From positions 105,028,001 to 105,092,000 of the forward strand of contig CM126202.1 of assembly GCA_052327205.1 (NCBI GenBank): a DNA stretch of 64,000 nucleotides, given 5' to 3'. Position numbers and translations under genes: made by a program. This stretch comes from Somniosus microcephalus. Its lineage: Eukaryota. The notes under the pieces are model-generated. The model saw only the letters and a list, made by a program, of their open reading frames with translations. It was not told the DNA's origin and did no database searches. Shown here in pieces: positions 25,630-39,990 of the stretch; positions within the stretch are counted from its first letter, which is position 1, and each line of letters opens with the position of its first letter.

Positions 25630-27827
25630 GCCTTTCTGGAACATAGGAACAATTTCAGTGGGATGAGTATGGATCTGGCCCCGTTAAACTGGAATCAAAG
25701 ATTGGTAGGCAAAACTGTAATGGAACAATGGGCTACCTTTAAAGAGGAAATAGTTCAGGTACAGTTGAGGTACATTCCCACTAAGGGGACAGGCAGGGCA
25801 ACTAAAGTCAGGGCTCCCTGGATGACGAAAGAGATAGAGATTATGATGAAGCAGAAAAAGAGTGCGTATGACAGATGTCAGCTTGCAAATATATCTGAGA
25901 ATCAGGCTATCTACAGAAAGGTCAGAGGAGAAGTGAAAAAGAAAATAAGAGGGGCAAAGAGAGGATATGAGAATAGAATGGCAGCCAACATAAAAGGTAA
26001 TCCAAAAGTCTTCTATAGGCATATAAGTAGTAAAAGGGTAGTAAGAGGAGGGGTGGGGCTGATTAGGGACCAAAAAGGAGACCTATGCACGGAGGCAGAG
26101 GGCATGGCTGAGGTACTAAACGAGTACTTTGCATCTGTCTTCACCAAGAGGATGCTGCCATAGACATAGTGAAGGAGGAGGTAGTGGAGACACTTGATAG
26201 GATAAAAATTGATAAAGAGGAGGTGTTAGAAAGGCTGGCTGTACTTAAAGTAGATAAATCACCAGGAGTGGATGGGATGCATCCTAGGATGCTGAGGGAA
26301 TTGACTGGGGAAATCACGGAGGTACTGGCCATAATCTTCCAATCCTCCTTAGAAACGAGGGAGCTGCCAGAGGACTGGAGAATTGCAAATGTTACACCCT
26401 TGTTCAAAAAAGGGTGCAAAGATAAAACCAGCATCTACAGGCCAGTCAGTTTAACCTCGGTAGTGGGGAAGCTTGTAGAAACAATAATCAGGGACAAAAT
26501 TAACAGTCACTTGGACAAGTGTGGTTTAATTAAGGATAACCAGCACGGATTTGTTAAAGGCAAATCGTGTTTAACCAACTTGATTGAGTTTTTTGATGAG
26601 GTAACAGAGAGGGTTGATGAGGGTAATGCAGTTGACATAGTGTACATGGCCTTCCAAAAGGCGTTCGACAAAGTGCCACACAATAGGCTTGACAGCAAAG
26701 TTGAAGCCCATGGAATAAAAGGGACAGTGGCAGCATGGATACGGAATTGGCTAAGTGATAGGAAACAGAGTAGTGGTGAACGGTTGTTTTTTGGACTGGA
26801 GGAAGGTACACAGTGGTGTTCCCCAGGGGTCGGTTCAAGGGCCACTGCTTTTCTTGATATATATTAATGACTTGGACGTGGGTGTACAGGGCACAATTTC
26901 AAAATTTGAAGATGATACAAAACTTGGAAGTATAGTGAACAGTGAGGAGGAGAGTGATAGACTTCAGGAAGACATAGACGGGCTGGCGCAATGGGCGGAC
27001 ACGTGGCAGATGAAATTTAATGCAGAAAAGTGTGAAGTGATACATTTTGGTAGAAAGAATGAGGAGAGGACATGTAAACTAAATGATACAATCCTGAAGG
27101 ATGTGCACGAACAGAGAGACCTGGGGGTATGTGTGCACAAATCGTTGAAGGTGGCAGGGCAGGTTGAAAAACAGTTAAAAAGGCTTACGGGATCCTGGGC
27201 TTCATAAATAGAGGTATAGAGTACAAAAGTGTGGAAATTATGATGAACCTGTATAAAACACTGGTTCGGCCTTAACTGGAGTACTGTGTTCAATTCTGGG
27301 CACCACACTTTAGGAAGGATGTGAAAGCTTTAGAGAGGGTGCAGAAAAGATTTACAAGAATAATTCCAGGAATGAGGGACTTCAGTTACATTGATAGACT
27401 AGAGAAGCTGGGGTTGTTATCCTTGGAGCAGAGAAGATTGAGAGGAGATTTGATAGAGGTGTTCAAAATCATGAGGGGTCTGGACAGAGTAGATAGAGGG
27501 AAACTGTTCCCATTGGCAGAAAGGTTGAGAACCAGAGGACACAGATTTAAGGTGATTGGCAAAAGAACCAAAGGCGACGTAAGAAAAAACTTTTCTACAC
27601 AGCAAGTGGTTAAGATCTGGAATGCACTGCCTGAAAGGGTGGTGAAAGCAGATTCAATCACTGCTTTCAAAAGGGAGTTGGATAAGTACGTGAAGGAAAG
27701 AAATTTGAAGGGCTACGGGGAAAGGGTGGGGGAGTGGGACTAGCTGAAGTGCTCTTGTAGCGAGCCTGCACGGGCTCGATGGGCCAAATGACCTTTTTCC
27801 ATGCTGTAACCATTCCATGATTCTACG
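25630..27827 (+). mobile_element. 5'-truncated CR1 LINE, frameshifted ORF2
   Basis: ORFs 25603-26163, 26169-26867, 26755-27207 and 27321-27743 with RT motifs; CR1 3' UTR. Confidence 0.95.
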
Positions 27828-28375
27828 AAGAGTAAGCCATTCAGCCCCTTGAGCCAGTTACGCCATTCAGTTAGGTCATGTCTAATCTGTATCGTAACGT
27901 CATTTACCCGTCTTGGTTCTGTAGTGTCCGTGTGTTGATAAAGACACTGAAGACAGGAGTTGGTTCATAGGTATTTACTAAGCAAAGTCTGGGGGGGGGG
28001 TTCTAACGGATATACACAATATACAGGCTTATATAGCCCGAGTGGCAATTACCGGCATTACAGCACACCTGGGGCTCTTAAAGGCACATACACCACAATT
28101 CCTCCCCTTTTAGCTAACCAGTACATCATATTTTAAGTAATTATTAATTACATGTTATAAGCAAAATAATATACATTGCTGTAGTTAATTAATTATAAAT
28201 TAGTCTCTCGGGAGGCTTCCTGACTCGGTCCGGATAACGCCTCGGGGGTGTAGTAGTTTCTGGTGGTGTAGTAGGTTCTTCTGGCAAGGCTGATTCGGCT
28301 TGAATGCCAATGTCGGGTTCATTGGGTTCCAGTATCACCGGATCGGAGGTAGATATGGGTATCTCTACTTCATCG

Positions 28376-31300
28376 TTAGATGTATAGAGTTGTGGTGTAG
28401 GTTGTCCCTTTTCGGATGACTATGATTTGGTCAGCATGGCGCCTTATTATGCTTTCTCCAATGTCCACGGTATACATCAGTGGTCCTAGTCGTGTGCAGA
28501 TAGTTCCAGGCTGCCATTTCTCGGTACGGTAGTCCCGGGCCAAAACCTGTTGACCTATCTGGAAGGCCCTAGTAGGCCTTTCATTCATGCCTTGAAACTG
28601 CCGGTTCTCCACGTCCCTTCTGATGTTGGGCTTGACCAAATCCAGCCGGCATCTTAGGTTTCTATTGAAGAACATCATGGCGGGAGTTTGGTTGGTAACC
28701 ATATGTGTTGCATTCCTGTATGCGAATAAGAAGTTATCCACCTTGTGCTGAAGTTTTATGTCTTCATTACCCATGGCCTTTATGGCCTTCTTGAAGGTCT
28801 GGACAAACCTTTCAGCCAATCCATTGGTGGCGGGATGGTATGGGGCGGACGTGTAGTGCTTAACCCCATTGTTTTTTAAGAACTTTCTGAATTCTCTGGA
28901 CACAAATTGCGGTCCATTATCAGAACATATCTGTTCCGGCAGCCCATTCCTGGCAAATATGGTCCTTAATACTGTGATGGTTTTTTCCGTGGTGGTGGAG
29001 GACATCTTTATTACCTCCGGCCACTTGGAGTGTGCATCAACCGCGATTAAGAACATTGAGTCCATAAATGGACCAGCAAAGTCGATGTGCACCCTTTGCC
29101 AGGGAGATGAGGGCCACTCCCATGGATGTAGAGGGGCTTGTGGTGGAGCGTTTTGGACCTTCTGGCATCCTAGGCAGCTCTTGGTCATTTCTTCGATGTC
29201 TCCATCGATACCTGGCCACCATACAAACGCCCTAGCTAGGTTCTTCATTTTCACTCCACCCAGATGCCCCTCGTGAAGCTCCTTTAGCACTTTATCCTGG
29301 AGTTTGGGTGGAATCACCACTCTGGATCCACACATCAAGGTTCCTCGGCACACTGACAGCTGTTCTCTTCTTTGCGAGAATGCTGGCAACAGTGGTTCGC
29401 CATGTGCTGGCCATCCCTTCACTGTTAAATCGTAGACCCGTGAGAGAGTCGGGTCATTTCTCGTCTCCCTTTCAATGGCAGAATTTGTCACTGGTAAACA
29501 TTCCACTATGGTAGAGTGGAACATCTCTACTGGGTCTACTGTAGGTGCCTCTTCTACCGTTGGCAACGGTAGGCGCGATAAATCGTCAGCATTCCCATGC
29601 TGTTTTGACCCTTTGTATTCTATGTTGTATTGGTGTGCCCCTAGAAAAAGGGACCACCTCTGTAGCCTTTGTGCTGTCATAATGGGAACACCTTTTTTAG
29701 GGTTGAATATGGAGATGAGGGGTTGATGGTCAGTCAACAAGGTAAATTTTTGTCCGTGTAGGTAATGGTTGAATTTCTTCACTCCCCATACCAGGCTGAG
29801 TGCTTCCCTGTCGATTTGGGCATAGTTACGCTCAGCTGAGTTTAATGAGCGTGACGCAAAAGCTATCGGCCGTTCTGAGCCATCAGGGAATTTATGGGAT
29901 AATACTGCTCCTATGCCATAAGGGGATGCATCGCACGCCAGTCTGATTGGCAGTGATGGGTTGTAATGAGCCAAAACTTCTTCGGATGTGATTAAGTCTT
30001 TGCATTTATGGAAGGCACATTTACAGTCTTCGCTCCATTTCCAAATCACTCCTGTTTGTAGAAGTTCATTAAGAGGGTGTAGAAGAGTTGATAAGTTCGG
30101 TAAAAATTTATGATAGTAATTTATTAATCCCAGGAACGACCTTAATTGTGAAACATTTTCAGGTGCTGGGGCTTTTATAACCGCTTCAATTTTTTCAGGT
30201 GACTTATGCAACCCTTCATTATTAATTATGTGGCCACAATATGATATCTGATTTTGGAAAAATTCGCACTTGGGGCGATTCGCTCGTAGGCCCCGTTCTT
30301 TCAGCCTAGTGAGCACCTGCTCCAAATTGGCAAGGTGCTCGTTGTCTTTTTCTCCTGTTATAAGGATGTCGTCTAGGTAGCATTGAGTCACAGAATCACA
30401 GAAACCCCACAGTGCAGATAGAGGCCATTTCGGCCCATCGAGCCTGTCCGACACATATCCCACCCGATCCCCGTAACCCCTACACCAACACATATCCCAC
30501 CCTATCCCTGTAACCCCACGTATTTAATCCCCCTAACACTAAGGGTCAATTTATCATAGCCAATCAACCTAACCCGCACATCTTTGGACTGTGGGAGGAA
30601 ACCGGAGCACCCGGAGAAAACCCACGCAAACACGGGGAGAATGTGCAAACTCCACACAGACAGTCGCCCCAGGCCGGATTCGAACCCGGGTCTCTGGCGC
30701 TGTGAGACAACAGTGCTAACCACTATGCCACCGGAATCCCTTGCAGGATTTGCTCCATAGCTCTTTGCCAGATAGCTGGAGCTGATGCTACTCCAAAAAC
30801 CAGTCGATTGTACTGGTACAGGCCTTTGTGTGTGTTTATCGTGAGATACTTTTTAGAGGCCTCCTCAACCTCCATCTGTAGATATGCCTGTGCCAAGTCA
30901 ATTTTGGTGAAACGTTTCCCTCCGGATAGTGAGGCGAAAATATCTTCTATCCTCGGAAGAGGATACTGTACTGTGTGAAGGACCGGGTTTACAGTCACCT
31001 TGAAGTCACCACAGATGCGAATTTTTCTCTGTTCTTCAGATTTATCTTTATTCAATGCTTTTTTCATGACTGGAACGATGGGTGTTGCCCATTCGCTCCA
31101 ATCTATTTTGGATAATACGCCTGCTTTTTCCAAATTCTCCAGCTCTGCCTCGACTGCTGGACGTATTGCGTATGGCACTGGTCTTGCCTTAAAAAATTTG
31201 GGAATTGCTGCATCTTCCACTTTTATTGAGGCGGTGATGCCTTTCAAGGTTCCTAGTTTCTCTTGAAACACTTCTTTGGCGTTGGCCAAGATGTCTTTTA

Positions 31301-32514
31301 ATCGTTCAGGTATGATGTCATCATTGTTTTTTTCCTTACTGGTCACCGTCAGTGCCTGAATGGAGTGCCAGTCTAAACGTATCTTCCTGATCCATTCACG
31401 TCCCAACAACGGTGGACCACCATCTTGTAGAATGTATAAATACAACTTTTGTATTTCTTTGCCGTTGTATACAACAGGCACCCTTATTTTTCCTTTGGGG
31501 TATACTTTCTGCCCCGTATATGTTTTTAAGATAATGGATGTGTCTTTTAGAGGTATATGCGAAAATAGCCTCGTAATCCCGTCGATTTATTACGGTTAGA
31601 GCTGATCCTGTATCTAGCTCCATTTTAACTGGGGACCCTGCTATTGTGAGGGTAACCCAAATGGTTTGGTAATCATCTTTGGCAAGTACATTATGTAATT
31701 TGAGACAGCTTAGTCTCTTGTTTTCGAAGTCGCTATCGCTCTTCTGGTCTTCGGAGCTACTGTCCGTCATCATTTGTACCTTCCTGTACTTTTCCTTATT
31801 GATTTTTTTTTTTCTGTCAGTGGATTTATTTTGTCCAGATCGGCATACCCGTGCAATGTGTCCAATCTTCCCGCATTGCCTGCATGCTTTGTCCTTGAAC
31901 CAGCAGTCCCTCTGGTTATGGGTGGATCTGCCGCAGCGATAACATCTTTCGAAACCCTGTGTCATTTCATGGGTGCCGAAGTCCTGTGTCTTTTGTTGTA
32001 CCTCTGCAGCTCCTTTTGCTGCTGCTTTGTATGATACAGCCATACTGAAAGCTTTGTTCAATGTTAAATCTTTTTCAGAAAGCAGTCTTTTTTGTGTTCC
32101 TTCACTTAAGAGACCCCAAACGAATTTGTCTCGAAGATAATCTGATAGTCCTGCCCCGAATTGGCAGTACTTTGATAACTTTCTTAATTCGGTTAGGTAA
32201 TCAGCGTTACTTTCATTCTCGTGTTGATTTCTCTTGAAGAACTTGAATCGTTCCGCTATCAGCAGCGGTGTTGGGTTTAAGTGCTCCTGCAGGGTATCAA
32301 CAATTTCTTTAAAATTCTTGTCCTTTGGTTTGGCTGGAGTGATTAAATTTCGTAACAGCCCGTATGTCTTTGCGCCCATTAAGTTCAGAAGTACTGAAGC
32401 TTTTTTTTCATCTTCTATTCCATTTGCAGTGCAATATACCTCTACTCTTTCCACGTATGTGATCCAATCCTCTATTTCGCTATCAAAAGCATCAATATTA
32501 CCAGATTTAGGCAT
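28376..32514 (-). pseudogene. Gypsy gag-pol with a frameshift near 31560 and a SINE insertion
   Basis: ORFs 31396-32514, 30723-31481 and 28376-30388. Confidence 0.9.
30389..30732 (-). mobile_element. HE1-type V-SINE inserted in Gypsy RT
   Basis: tRNA head (tggcatagtggttagcactg...ggttcgaatcc), V domain (gggtgctccggtttcctcccacagtccaaagatgtgc), CR1-derived tail (ttctgtga)n. Confidence 0.9.
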
Positions 32515-33132
32515 TTCAGAAAAGATATGGCGCTTCCCGCGCTTTTTTTTCTTTTCTGTAGCAAAGATATGGCGCTTCCCACGCTTTCCCGCCGCTGCTG
32601 CCGATAACGTTGTTTACTGCGGTTTCCGTTCTCTTTTTTTTAATTTACTGTTGGAGACTTGTTCCCGCCGGAGGTCTGAACGCTGACCTGCTTCCCGCGC
32701 CGGCCGTCTCCCGAGTGCTCCCTCCCAGTCCGTTATTGCTTGCCTCCGATTTCGCTGCCTGTCTCAGCTGTAGAGCCAGCCGCTGGAGCCCCAGCCTGAC
32801 GCCCAGGAAGGATTAGCGCAGTACCTGCCACCAGCTTGGCCAGCTGGTGAAACCACAGCTTCTCTCACTTCCTTGAGTCTTCTGGACGCCCGAGGAATCG
32901 ATGTCCTTGAGGTGCTGCCGAATTGCAGGTAAGTCCGTTTCCACTTCGTCGCCACTGCAGTGTCCGTGTGTTGATAAAGACACTGAAGACAGGAGTTGGT
33001 TCATAGGGATTTACTAAGCAAAGTCTGGGGGGGGGTTCTAACGGATATACACAATATACAGGCTTATATAGCCCGAGTGGCAATTACCGGCATTACAGCA
33101 CACCTGGGGCTCTTAAAGGCACATACACCACA

Positions 33133-35045
33133 GGTTCCGTAACCCTTAATACGCTTGCCTAACAAAAATCTATCAACCTCAGTTTTGAAATTTTCAATTG
33201 ACTCAATCTCAACAGCTTTTTGGGTGAGAGTGTTCCAGATTTCCACTACCTGTTGTGTGAAGAAATTATCCCTGACATCAACCCTGAATGGCTTAGTTCT
33301 TAATTTTAAGGGTATGCCCCCTTGCTCTGGACTCCCCATCAGAGGAAATAGTTTCTCTCTATCTACCATATCAACTCCTTTGATCATCTTAAACACCTCA
33401 ATTAGATCACCCCTTAATCTATATTCAAGGGATTCCAAGCCTAGTCTATGCAATCTGTCCTCATAATTTAACCCTTTTAGCCCAGTATCATTCCGGTGAA
33501 AGTGCACTAAGGTCAATATATCCTACCTGAGATGCGGTGCCCAGAACAGAATGCAGTACTCCAGATGGGGTCTAACCAGAGCTCTGTACAGCTGTCATGT
33601 AACTTCCACCCCTTTGTATCCCAGCTCTCTTGAAATAAAGGCCAACATTCCATTAGCCTTTTAAATTATTTTTCTACCTGTCCGTTAGGTTTTAGTGATT
33701 TCTGTACATGTACCCCTAAGTCTCTCTGCTCATCCACAGTTCCTAGCTTCTCGCCATTTAGAAAATACTCTGACCTATCTTTCTTAGGTCCAAAGTAGAT
33801 GATCTCACTTTCCCACATTGAACTCCATCTGCCACAGTTTTACCCACTCACTTAATCTATCAATGTCCCTTTGCAACTTTCTGCTCCCATCTACACTATT
33901 TACTGTGCCACCTAACGTAGTGCCATCAGAACAGTTAGATATATGGCTCTCTATTCCTTCATCCAAGTCATTTATAAATATATAGTGAAAAGCTGAGGCC
34001 CCAGTACAGATCCCCAGGGGACAACACTAGCCACATCCTGCCAATTTGAGTACATATCCATTATCCCTACTCTAATACCTCCTAACCAATTCCCTATCCA
34101 AGCTAATAGGTTGCCTCCAATTCCATGCACTCTCATTTTTATTAACAGTCTCTTACGTGGAACCTTGTTGAATGCCTTCTGAAAGGCTAGATAAATAACA
34201 TCCATAGATACTCCCTTATTTACTACGTTTGTTACAACCTCAAAAAAAATCAACCTGGTTCATTAGACATGACTTACCCTTTATAAATCCATGCTGGCTC
34301 TCTCTGATCAGCTCATATTTGTCCAAATGCTCAGTCACTCTGTCCCTAATAACAGACTCTAGTAACTTCCCCACAACTGACGTTAGACTAATAGGCCTAT
34401 AATTTCCTCGTTTATCTCTTCTATCCTTCTTAAATAATGGAGTGACATTGGCAATATTCCAAAACAAGGGGACAGTTAATAATCAAGAGAGTTTTTGAAG
34501 ACCATGGCTAGAACATCTACAATTTACTCACCTGCTTTTAATACTCTGGAGTGGAAACCATCAGGTCCTGGGGATTTGTCTAACTTTATCTCATTAGCTT
34601 CTCCATCACCATTTTTTTAAACTTATATTGAATCTAGTTAGTTCTTCCCATTGATTTATTTTTAGTTTTCCTTGTATCTCTGGTACTTTATCCTCACCCT
34701 CGTCTGTGAAGACCGATACAAAGTAACTATTTAGTAAGTCTGCTATTTCCTGATTTCAAATTACAGTATCACCTGCGTTTGTCAATAAGGGGCCCACATT
34801 ATTCTTTCTCTTAATATATTTGTAAAAACCTTTAGTGTTGTCCTTCATATACCTCGCCAGCTTTTTCTCATATTCACTTTTTGCAGCTCTTACCACTTTC
34901 TTTGTTGTTCTTTATATCTCTCCCAGTCTGTGGGAATTCTATTGTTCTTGCCTTCGTATAAGCCTTTTCTTTTAGTTTTCTACTATCTCTCACTTCCCTT
35001 GTTGAGCAAGGTTGTTGAATTACACACATTGAGCTCTTGCCTCTC
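33133..35045 (-). mobile_element. Degraded CR1 LINE; its 3' tail continues at 27828-27914 across the Gypsy insertion
   Basis: RT remnants in ORFs 33064-33516, 33972-34253 and 34240-34467. The 3' UTR is contiguous across the GGTTC TSD. Confidence 0.9.
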
Positions 35046-35248
35046 AAGTTTCCAGTATTACTATTAATGAACAGAAAGTATGGCAGCATTTTCGAGGATC
35101 GAGTTAAAACTCTGGCAGAAATCCAACATGTATTGCTAGTTGCAGTTTACCCAAGACAAAGCCAAGGCATTAGCAATATATTGCTGGACACAGACCTTAC
35201 ACACAAACAAGAGGAACATCTACAGAGTATTTCCACTTTAAACACAAT

Positions 35249-35861
35249 GGGCCGTATTTTCCGATCGGAGGCTTCCCGCGTGCGTCCCTGGGATCACGTG
35301 GGACATGGGGAGCCAATCAAAGAAGGGAATCTCCCTTCATACACTTGACAGATAGACCTGTCAAATATAGAATGGAGATCACCCCAAAAACACTGTAAAA
35401 CATTAAATAAATAAATCACATTTTTAAAATTAGTTGAAATTACAATAAATTAAATATTTTAAACTAAAATTTAATTTTTTGAAAAAAGTAATTGTTTTTT
35501 ACAGGGCTACAAAAATAAACTTACCTTTTTTAAAAGTATTTTTAAATTAGAAATGAGTGGGAATTTTTTTAAAAACTTTTTAAAACTCTTATGCTGGTCA
35601 AAGCAGAACTTACACCTGCTTTTACCAGGCGTAGGATGTCGAAGGGTTTTCAGTGGGTGGAGGTTCTGCAGAAAGCGGAACTCTCTGCCCGCAGAGGCCC
35701 TTCTCCAGGGCAGGCATCCGATCTGTCAAGAGGATTCTTGACAGATCCGAAATGCCGGTGTTCAGCACATGTGCTTCGCATGCCTGAAACCGGCATTTCC
35801 GATGTCCCTACGGGTGTGTACACAGCTCGTACACACCCGTAGGCATCGGAAAATACGGGCC
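35249..35861. mobile_element. Harbinger-type MITE (613 bp), related to 23165-23927
   Basis: 17-bp TIRs gggccgtattttccgat / atcggaaaatacgggcc; flanks AAT / ATT; same GC-AT-GC layout. Confidence 0.85.
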
Positions 35862-36384
35862 ATTGACTAAGCTTGCATCTATGTTTGAGCACACAGCCTA
35901 ATAAAATTATAAACTTCGTAAAAACGTTTTCAATTCAATAACATTGAAGCAGAACTGGGACAGCAACTATATAAAGCAGCCCATTGTGGTGCCTAGTTAT
36001 TATTAAATTAGCAGGGGAACATTCAGGACATGGCTTGGGTTCCTGCTTCTGATCACTATCTAGTGGCTCCTGCTGGAATGTGCATGCGTGTGGATGTCAA
36101 GTGAGAAAAGATAAGCCCTGGTTGTCTTGCTGCCAGTGGTCGATTCACCTGCCTTTACTTGCTGTCAAAGCTCATGAGTACTGGCTACTGATGAGAAATA
36201 CTGGAGAATTCCTGTAATCTATCAAACTGTGCATCAGCACAAGTCAATGCCTCCAGGAGGGAAGGGGAAGAAATTGGGGCGTGGAAACCCTGGAATGGGT
36301 CAATGATTCAAAAGAAAGTGTGAAATATAAAATGGATGTTTTTAAAATAACTGATTTTCTTTTTTTTTACTTTTGTTTAAATAG

Positions 36385-36536
36385 CTGCTTTGACATTCAA
36401 ATGTTTGAAGGACCAGTGGCAAGTGTATTGCAAAATAATAAGAGAGACTAACCTCTGTCAGGACATGAGGTGGTATCAACGCTGCTGTGAGACCTGTAGA
36501 GACTTCTATGCACAAAAGCTACAGCATAAGAGTTGA
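36385..36536 (+). CDS. ADAMTS19: ADAMTS19 terminal coding exon (PLAC domain, stop codon)
   Basis: Polypyrimidine tract and atAG| acceptor. Joins the previous exon in phase (G+CT=Ala): [50 protein letters not shown]. Not present in the ORF track. Confidence 0.93.
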
Positions 36537-39500
36537 CATCTTCTTCCGCATCAGCACCAAACTTTTATAAGTACAATCTAATTTATGAAATACAGAACTA
36601 CAACTTGTTTAGACCAAGGTACTGATGTATTAGGTATAATTTATTCATTTTAATTTATTTTTTTGTTTACCAAGATTTTTTTTGGAGTGCTATTCAGTGG
36701 TTTTCGAAATCCAAATATTTTAGCTTTTTGTATCTAAGATGGGTCCATTCGTCGCAAACTGATAACTTGGAAACTGTCAGAATGTAGCCCATGCGTAGGT
36801 GGCCCATGTCTTCATGGATAGCGTGTCATGAGCTGAAGTTAACACTTACTGTAATCGTTTCAAAGACTGTAAGGAAAGCCTGTAGCAAAATATTGAAGTT
36901 CATATTATGCATTCAATAGTGACAATGATATTTGCTTGAAAAACAGTGACTTGAGAGTAAAACACTGTGGAGCGCAACACTGAATTATTTTTGCATCATT
37001 CAGGTACTGTCTAAGTTTCTACAGTCTAAGAATAAATGTCAACCGCATTATTGTAAAAGCGTCACTATTAGCAGTTTACCTTTATAATTTTGTAAAGCAG
37101 TGTAGAATGGAACATTGTGACTGTTCACATACAGCAGCTAAACCTTTCACTCGCTAAATACTGAGAATAAAATTCTATGAATTTTAGCTCTGAATGAATA
37201 TTAATTTCTGTATGCAGTGCATGGGTACTTACGCCATGTTTGATATTTTCTACTTTGTCAAACTCAGATCCCTTGTTTGTATATTGCTAAATACCAGGGG
37301 TTAAAAAGAAAATAAACACTGCAAATGCTGAAAATCTGAAATAGTGCTGGGAATACACAGCAGGTCATGGCAGCATCTGAACAGAGGGCGTAGTGAAGAC
37401 AAGAGTCTGTACCCGAATCATTAGCCCTGCTTTTTAATGTTTCAGATGTTGTTAGACTTCCTATGTATTGCCAGCATTTTCTGTATTTTTTTAACCAGTT
37501 TTAAATAAAATGTTTTATTTAAACATTTGGGAGAAGAAAAAAATTAAGCAAAAGAAATTCATAATGCCATTATGCAGAACATGCTTTGGATACAAAAGAA
37601 ATCAGGGTAAAAGATTCGGACGGCACTCGTGTCACCAGAAATGCGAAGGGTGAACTTCCGTCTGCCACTCTCGCCTCACACTGACCCCATCTCAAATTCC
37701 TGGGATTTAAATAATGGGGCTGGGCGTCCCCAACTGTGGCAATGCAACAGAGGCAAGTGCCCCACTAAGACAGTGGAACGGCACCCAGCCACTCCCATAG
37801 CGGGAGCCCAAGGCCAGGATCAAAATGAAGTAAAAGGGCCAAAATATTTTTAGTATTTTTCCTGGAGTGCAATGTGACCCCTATTCCAATGGTAATCGAT
37901 CTTCCTGCGATCGATTACTCTTCATCTTTTTGACTTGAGGCCCACAACAGGGCGAATGCCTGTTCTCAGCAGACGCAGGCCCTTCTGGACCTTTCAGGGG
38001 CACTTCTCATAGAGTTTCTAGATTAGCCTGGGAGAGCACCTCTCTGGCACCCTGCTAAACTGCTGGTTCAGCACAACTGGGGTAGGTAGAAGAATCGCCT
38101 GCTCCCTCCCGCCCCTGTCACCCAGGAGTGTAATTTGCTAGTGACTGGAAAAGGGCAGAAACTTGCCTGACTCAGGTTCTGCTCTAGCTTCTGACTCCCC
38201 TGCCAGAATTACACATCAATTGTGATATTTTCATCGCTTAATTTTTTTTATCTGTTAAGTCACGTGTGACTCGCTTTTTTGCAATGAAAAAGTTAAAAAG
38301 CTTAGGTTTGAAATTATATTGTGCAATATTAGCATACAAACACATGCATTTATATTAAAATTCTCTTGCCTGCTATTTTAATAGAAGCATTAATTCATTT
38401 AAAATAAAATGCCTCCATTAAAATAATAAATAAAGGAATTTCGTAGCATAATTTGAAGGATTTGTGGCAAACTACTGGTTTTAGCAGTACTCATCGTGTA
38501 GGTATGTTCTCTACCCCCATTGCATGCCACTGAGAGATTTACAGCAGTTGTTTGACCGGATTGTCCAATAAGCCACATTTTTTTAAAAAGGTTTCTCTTA
38601 GCTACATCTTTTTTTAACATGTTATTTTCTCCGCCACGCACACTCAAGTTCCTAACTTTCGAGTCGGGAGGTCTGTAGAGAACGATTAGTTGACTTCCCT
38701 CTGCTTTGTTATTCATTTTTCTTTCAGCATTATAGCAGAGCTCCTCACCCAGCTGTCGCTGTGTATTAATGCTAAAATGGCCAGGCTATGCGCTGTTACT
38801 AAAATAATATTTTTGAATTTTCCCCTTTGCGTCATTATTTTGAGCACAGCTATCATTTTCTGAAAGACTAAAGGTGGGCCGATTAAGTTTCAGGCTTGAA
38901 AAATTAAGGGCTTGCTTTTTTTTGAGAAATGAATTATTTAAATATGAATCAAGATGATTACCTACAAATGCATTAGTGCTGTGCAATCAGCTCCTGTTGC
39001 TGGCATATTTGGCTGCTGTGATTTTAATTTACAGTTTGCAGTCGAAAGTTACGCTCTTTATTGGAATGTGTTACATTTGAGAAATGTTGACATTGTCTCT
39101 CTCAGGACCTTGACTAATTTAAATAGTGTCCTTCAGAAAATCAACAATCTGTAGTGTAAAATTGACAAGGTGCTCCATTTCAAAGTGGAACAGTTACTGT
39201 TAATCACAAGGATGCAAGCTTGTTTGTGTCCATGTAAACTGTAGCAACTAAACAGTAAGGTTGTGAAAAAACCTGACCATACAAATTTAGTTTGAGAACT
39301 CCTATTCCCATGTGTGTACATGTTAGCAAAGCTGAAATATTGTAACTCAAGCAAGCAAGTTGTACTGAAGCTTTTTCTGCCTCCTTGTATAAAATATACA
39401 AACAAAAATGCCCAGATTTCCTGTATTTTTAACAGCATAATTTATTCATATAATTAACAAAAATTGGTCAGGTCTCCTCTGTAGTCATTTGAAAAATGTC

Positions 39501-39990
39501 TCCGAACAAAACGGTCTTTGGCATATTAAACAAAATGAGGTCTGCAACTCTGGATAAGCAGGCGGTTTCTCATTCCATCGATAACCTCTTTTAGTTTTAT
39601 TATTGCAGATCATTTTATTCTAGAAAGTAATTTCATATCAACTTGCCCAGAATCATTTAAACAGTAAAAGTTATTATTTGGCAGCATTCTAAATTGATTT
39701 TTATTTTTTCTTCAGGTGCTGTTACTTGAAATTATCTGTGTAGAACTGAGTGTAGATCTTTAGAATTGTAACGTTTGGAATAATTCCCTTTATTGTTGTT
39801 GCATTCATTGCTTTTAACTAAAATTTTGAAGAAATACCAAGTGTAATGGGATTTGCAAACTATTGCGTAATTGTGAAATTGTATGTATTTGATCAACTAC
39901 TCTGTATACTTTATGCCTCATAGCACCAGGCATCTCCCCAAATTGTTATCCTTGTACAATCGTAAAATAAACAATATATTAAAAGACTTT
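36537..39990 (+). promoter_or_regulatory. ADAMTS19: ADAMTS19 3' UTR with candidate poly(A) signals
   Basis: AATAAA at 37031, 37166, 37311, 37504 and 39966. The last has upstream TGTA motifs and a downstream T/GT-rich tract. The true end cannot be determined from sequence. Confidence 0.45.
37305..37490. mobile_element. Degraded Penelope-type inverted-repeat remnant
   Basis: tgctgggaatacacagcaggtc...cagcatctg versus cagatgttg...gtattgccagcattttctg, with a decayed hammerhead-like centre. Confidence 0.55.

Larger units (their letters stand above)
27920..33132 (-). mobile_element. Full-length Ty3/Gypsy (Mag-like) LTR retrotransposon
   Basis: LTRs 27920-28097 and 32956-33132 (about 3 differences). 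TSD GGTTC. PBS TGGCGACGA (tRNA-Ser-like). PPT AAAAGGGGAGGAAT. Gag with two CCHC knuckles, PR LDTGS, RT YLDD, RNase H and IN. Confidence 0.96.

Noticed and set aside
30640-30732. tRNA gene
   Set aside because: The A/B boxes belong to the SINE head; no acceptor stem or terminator.
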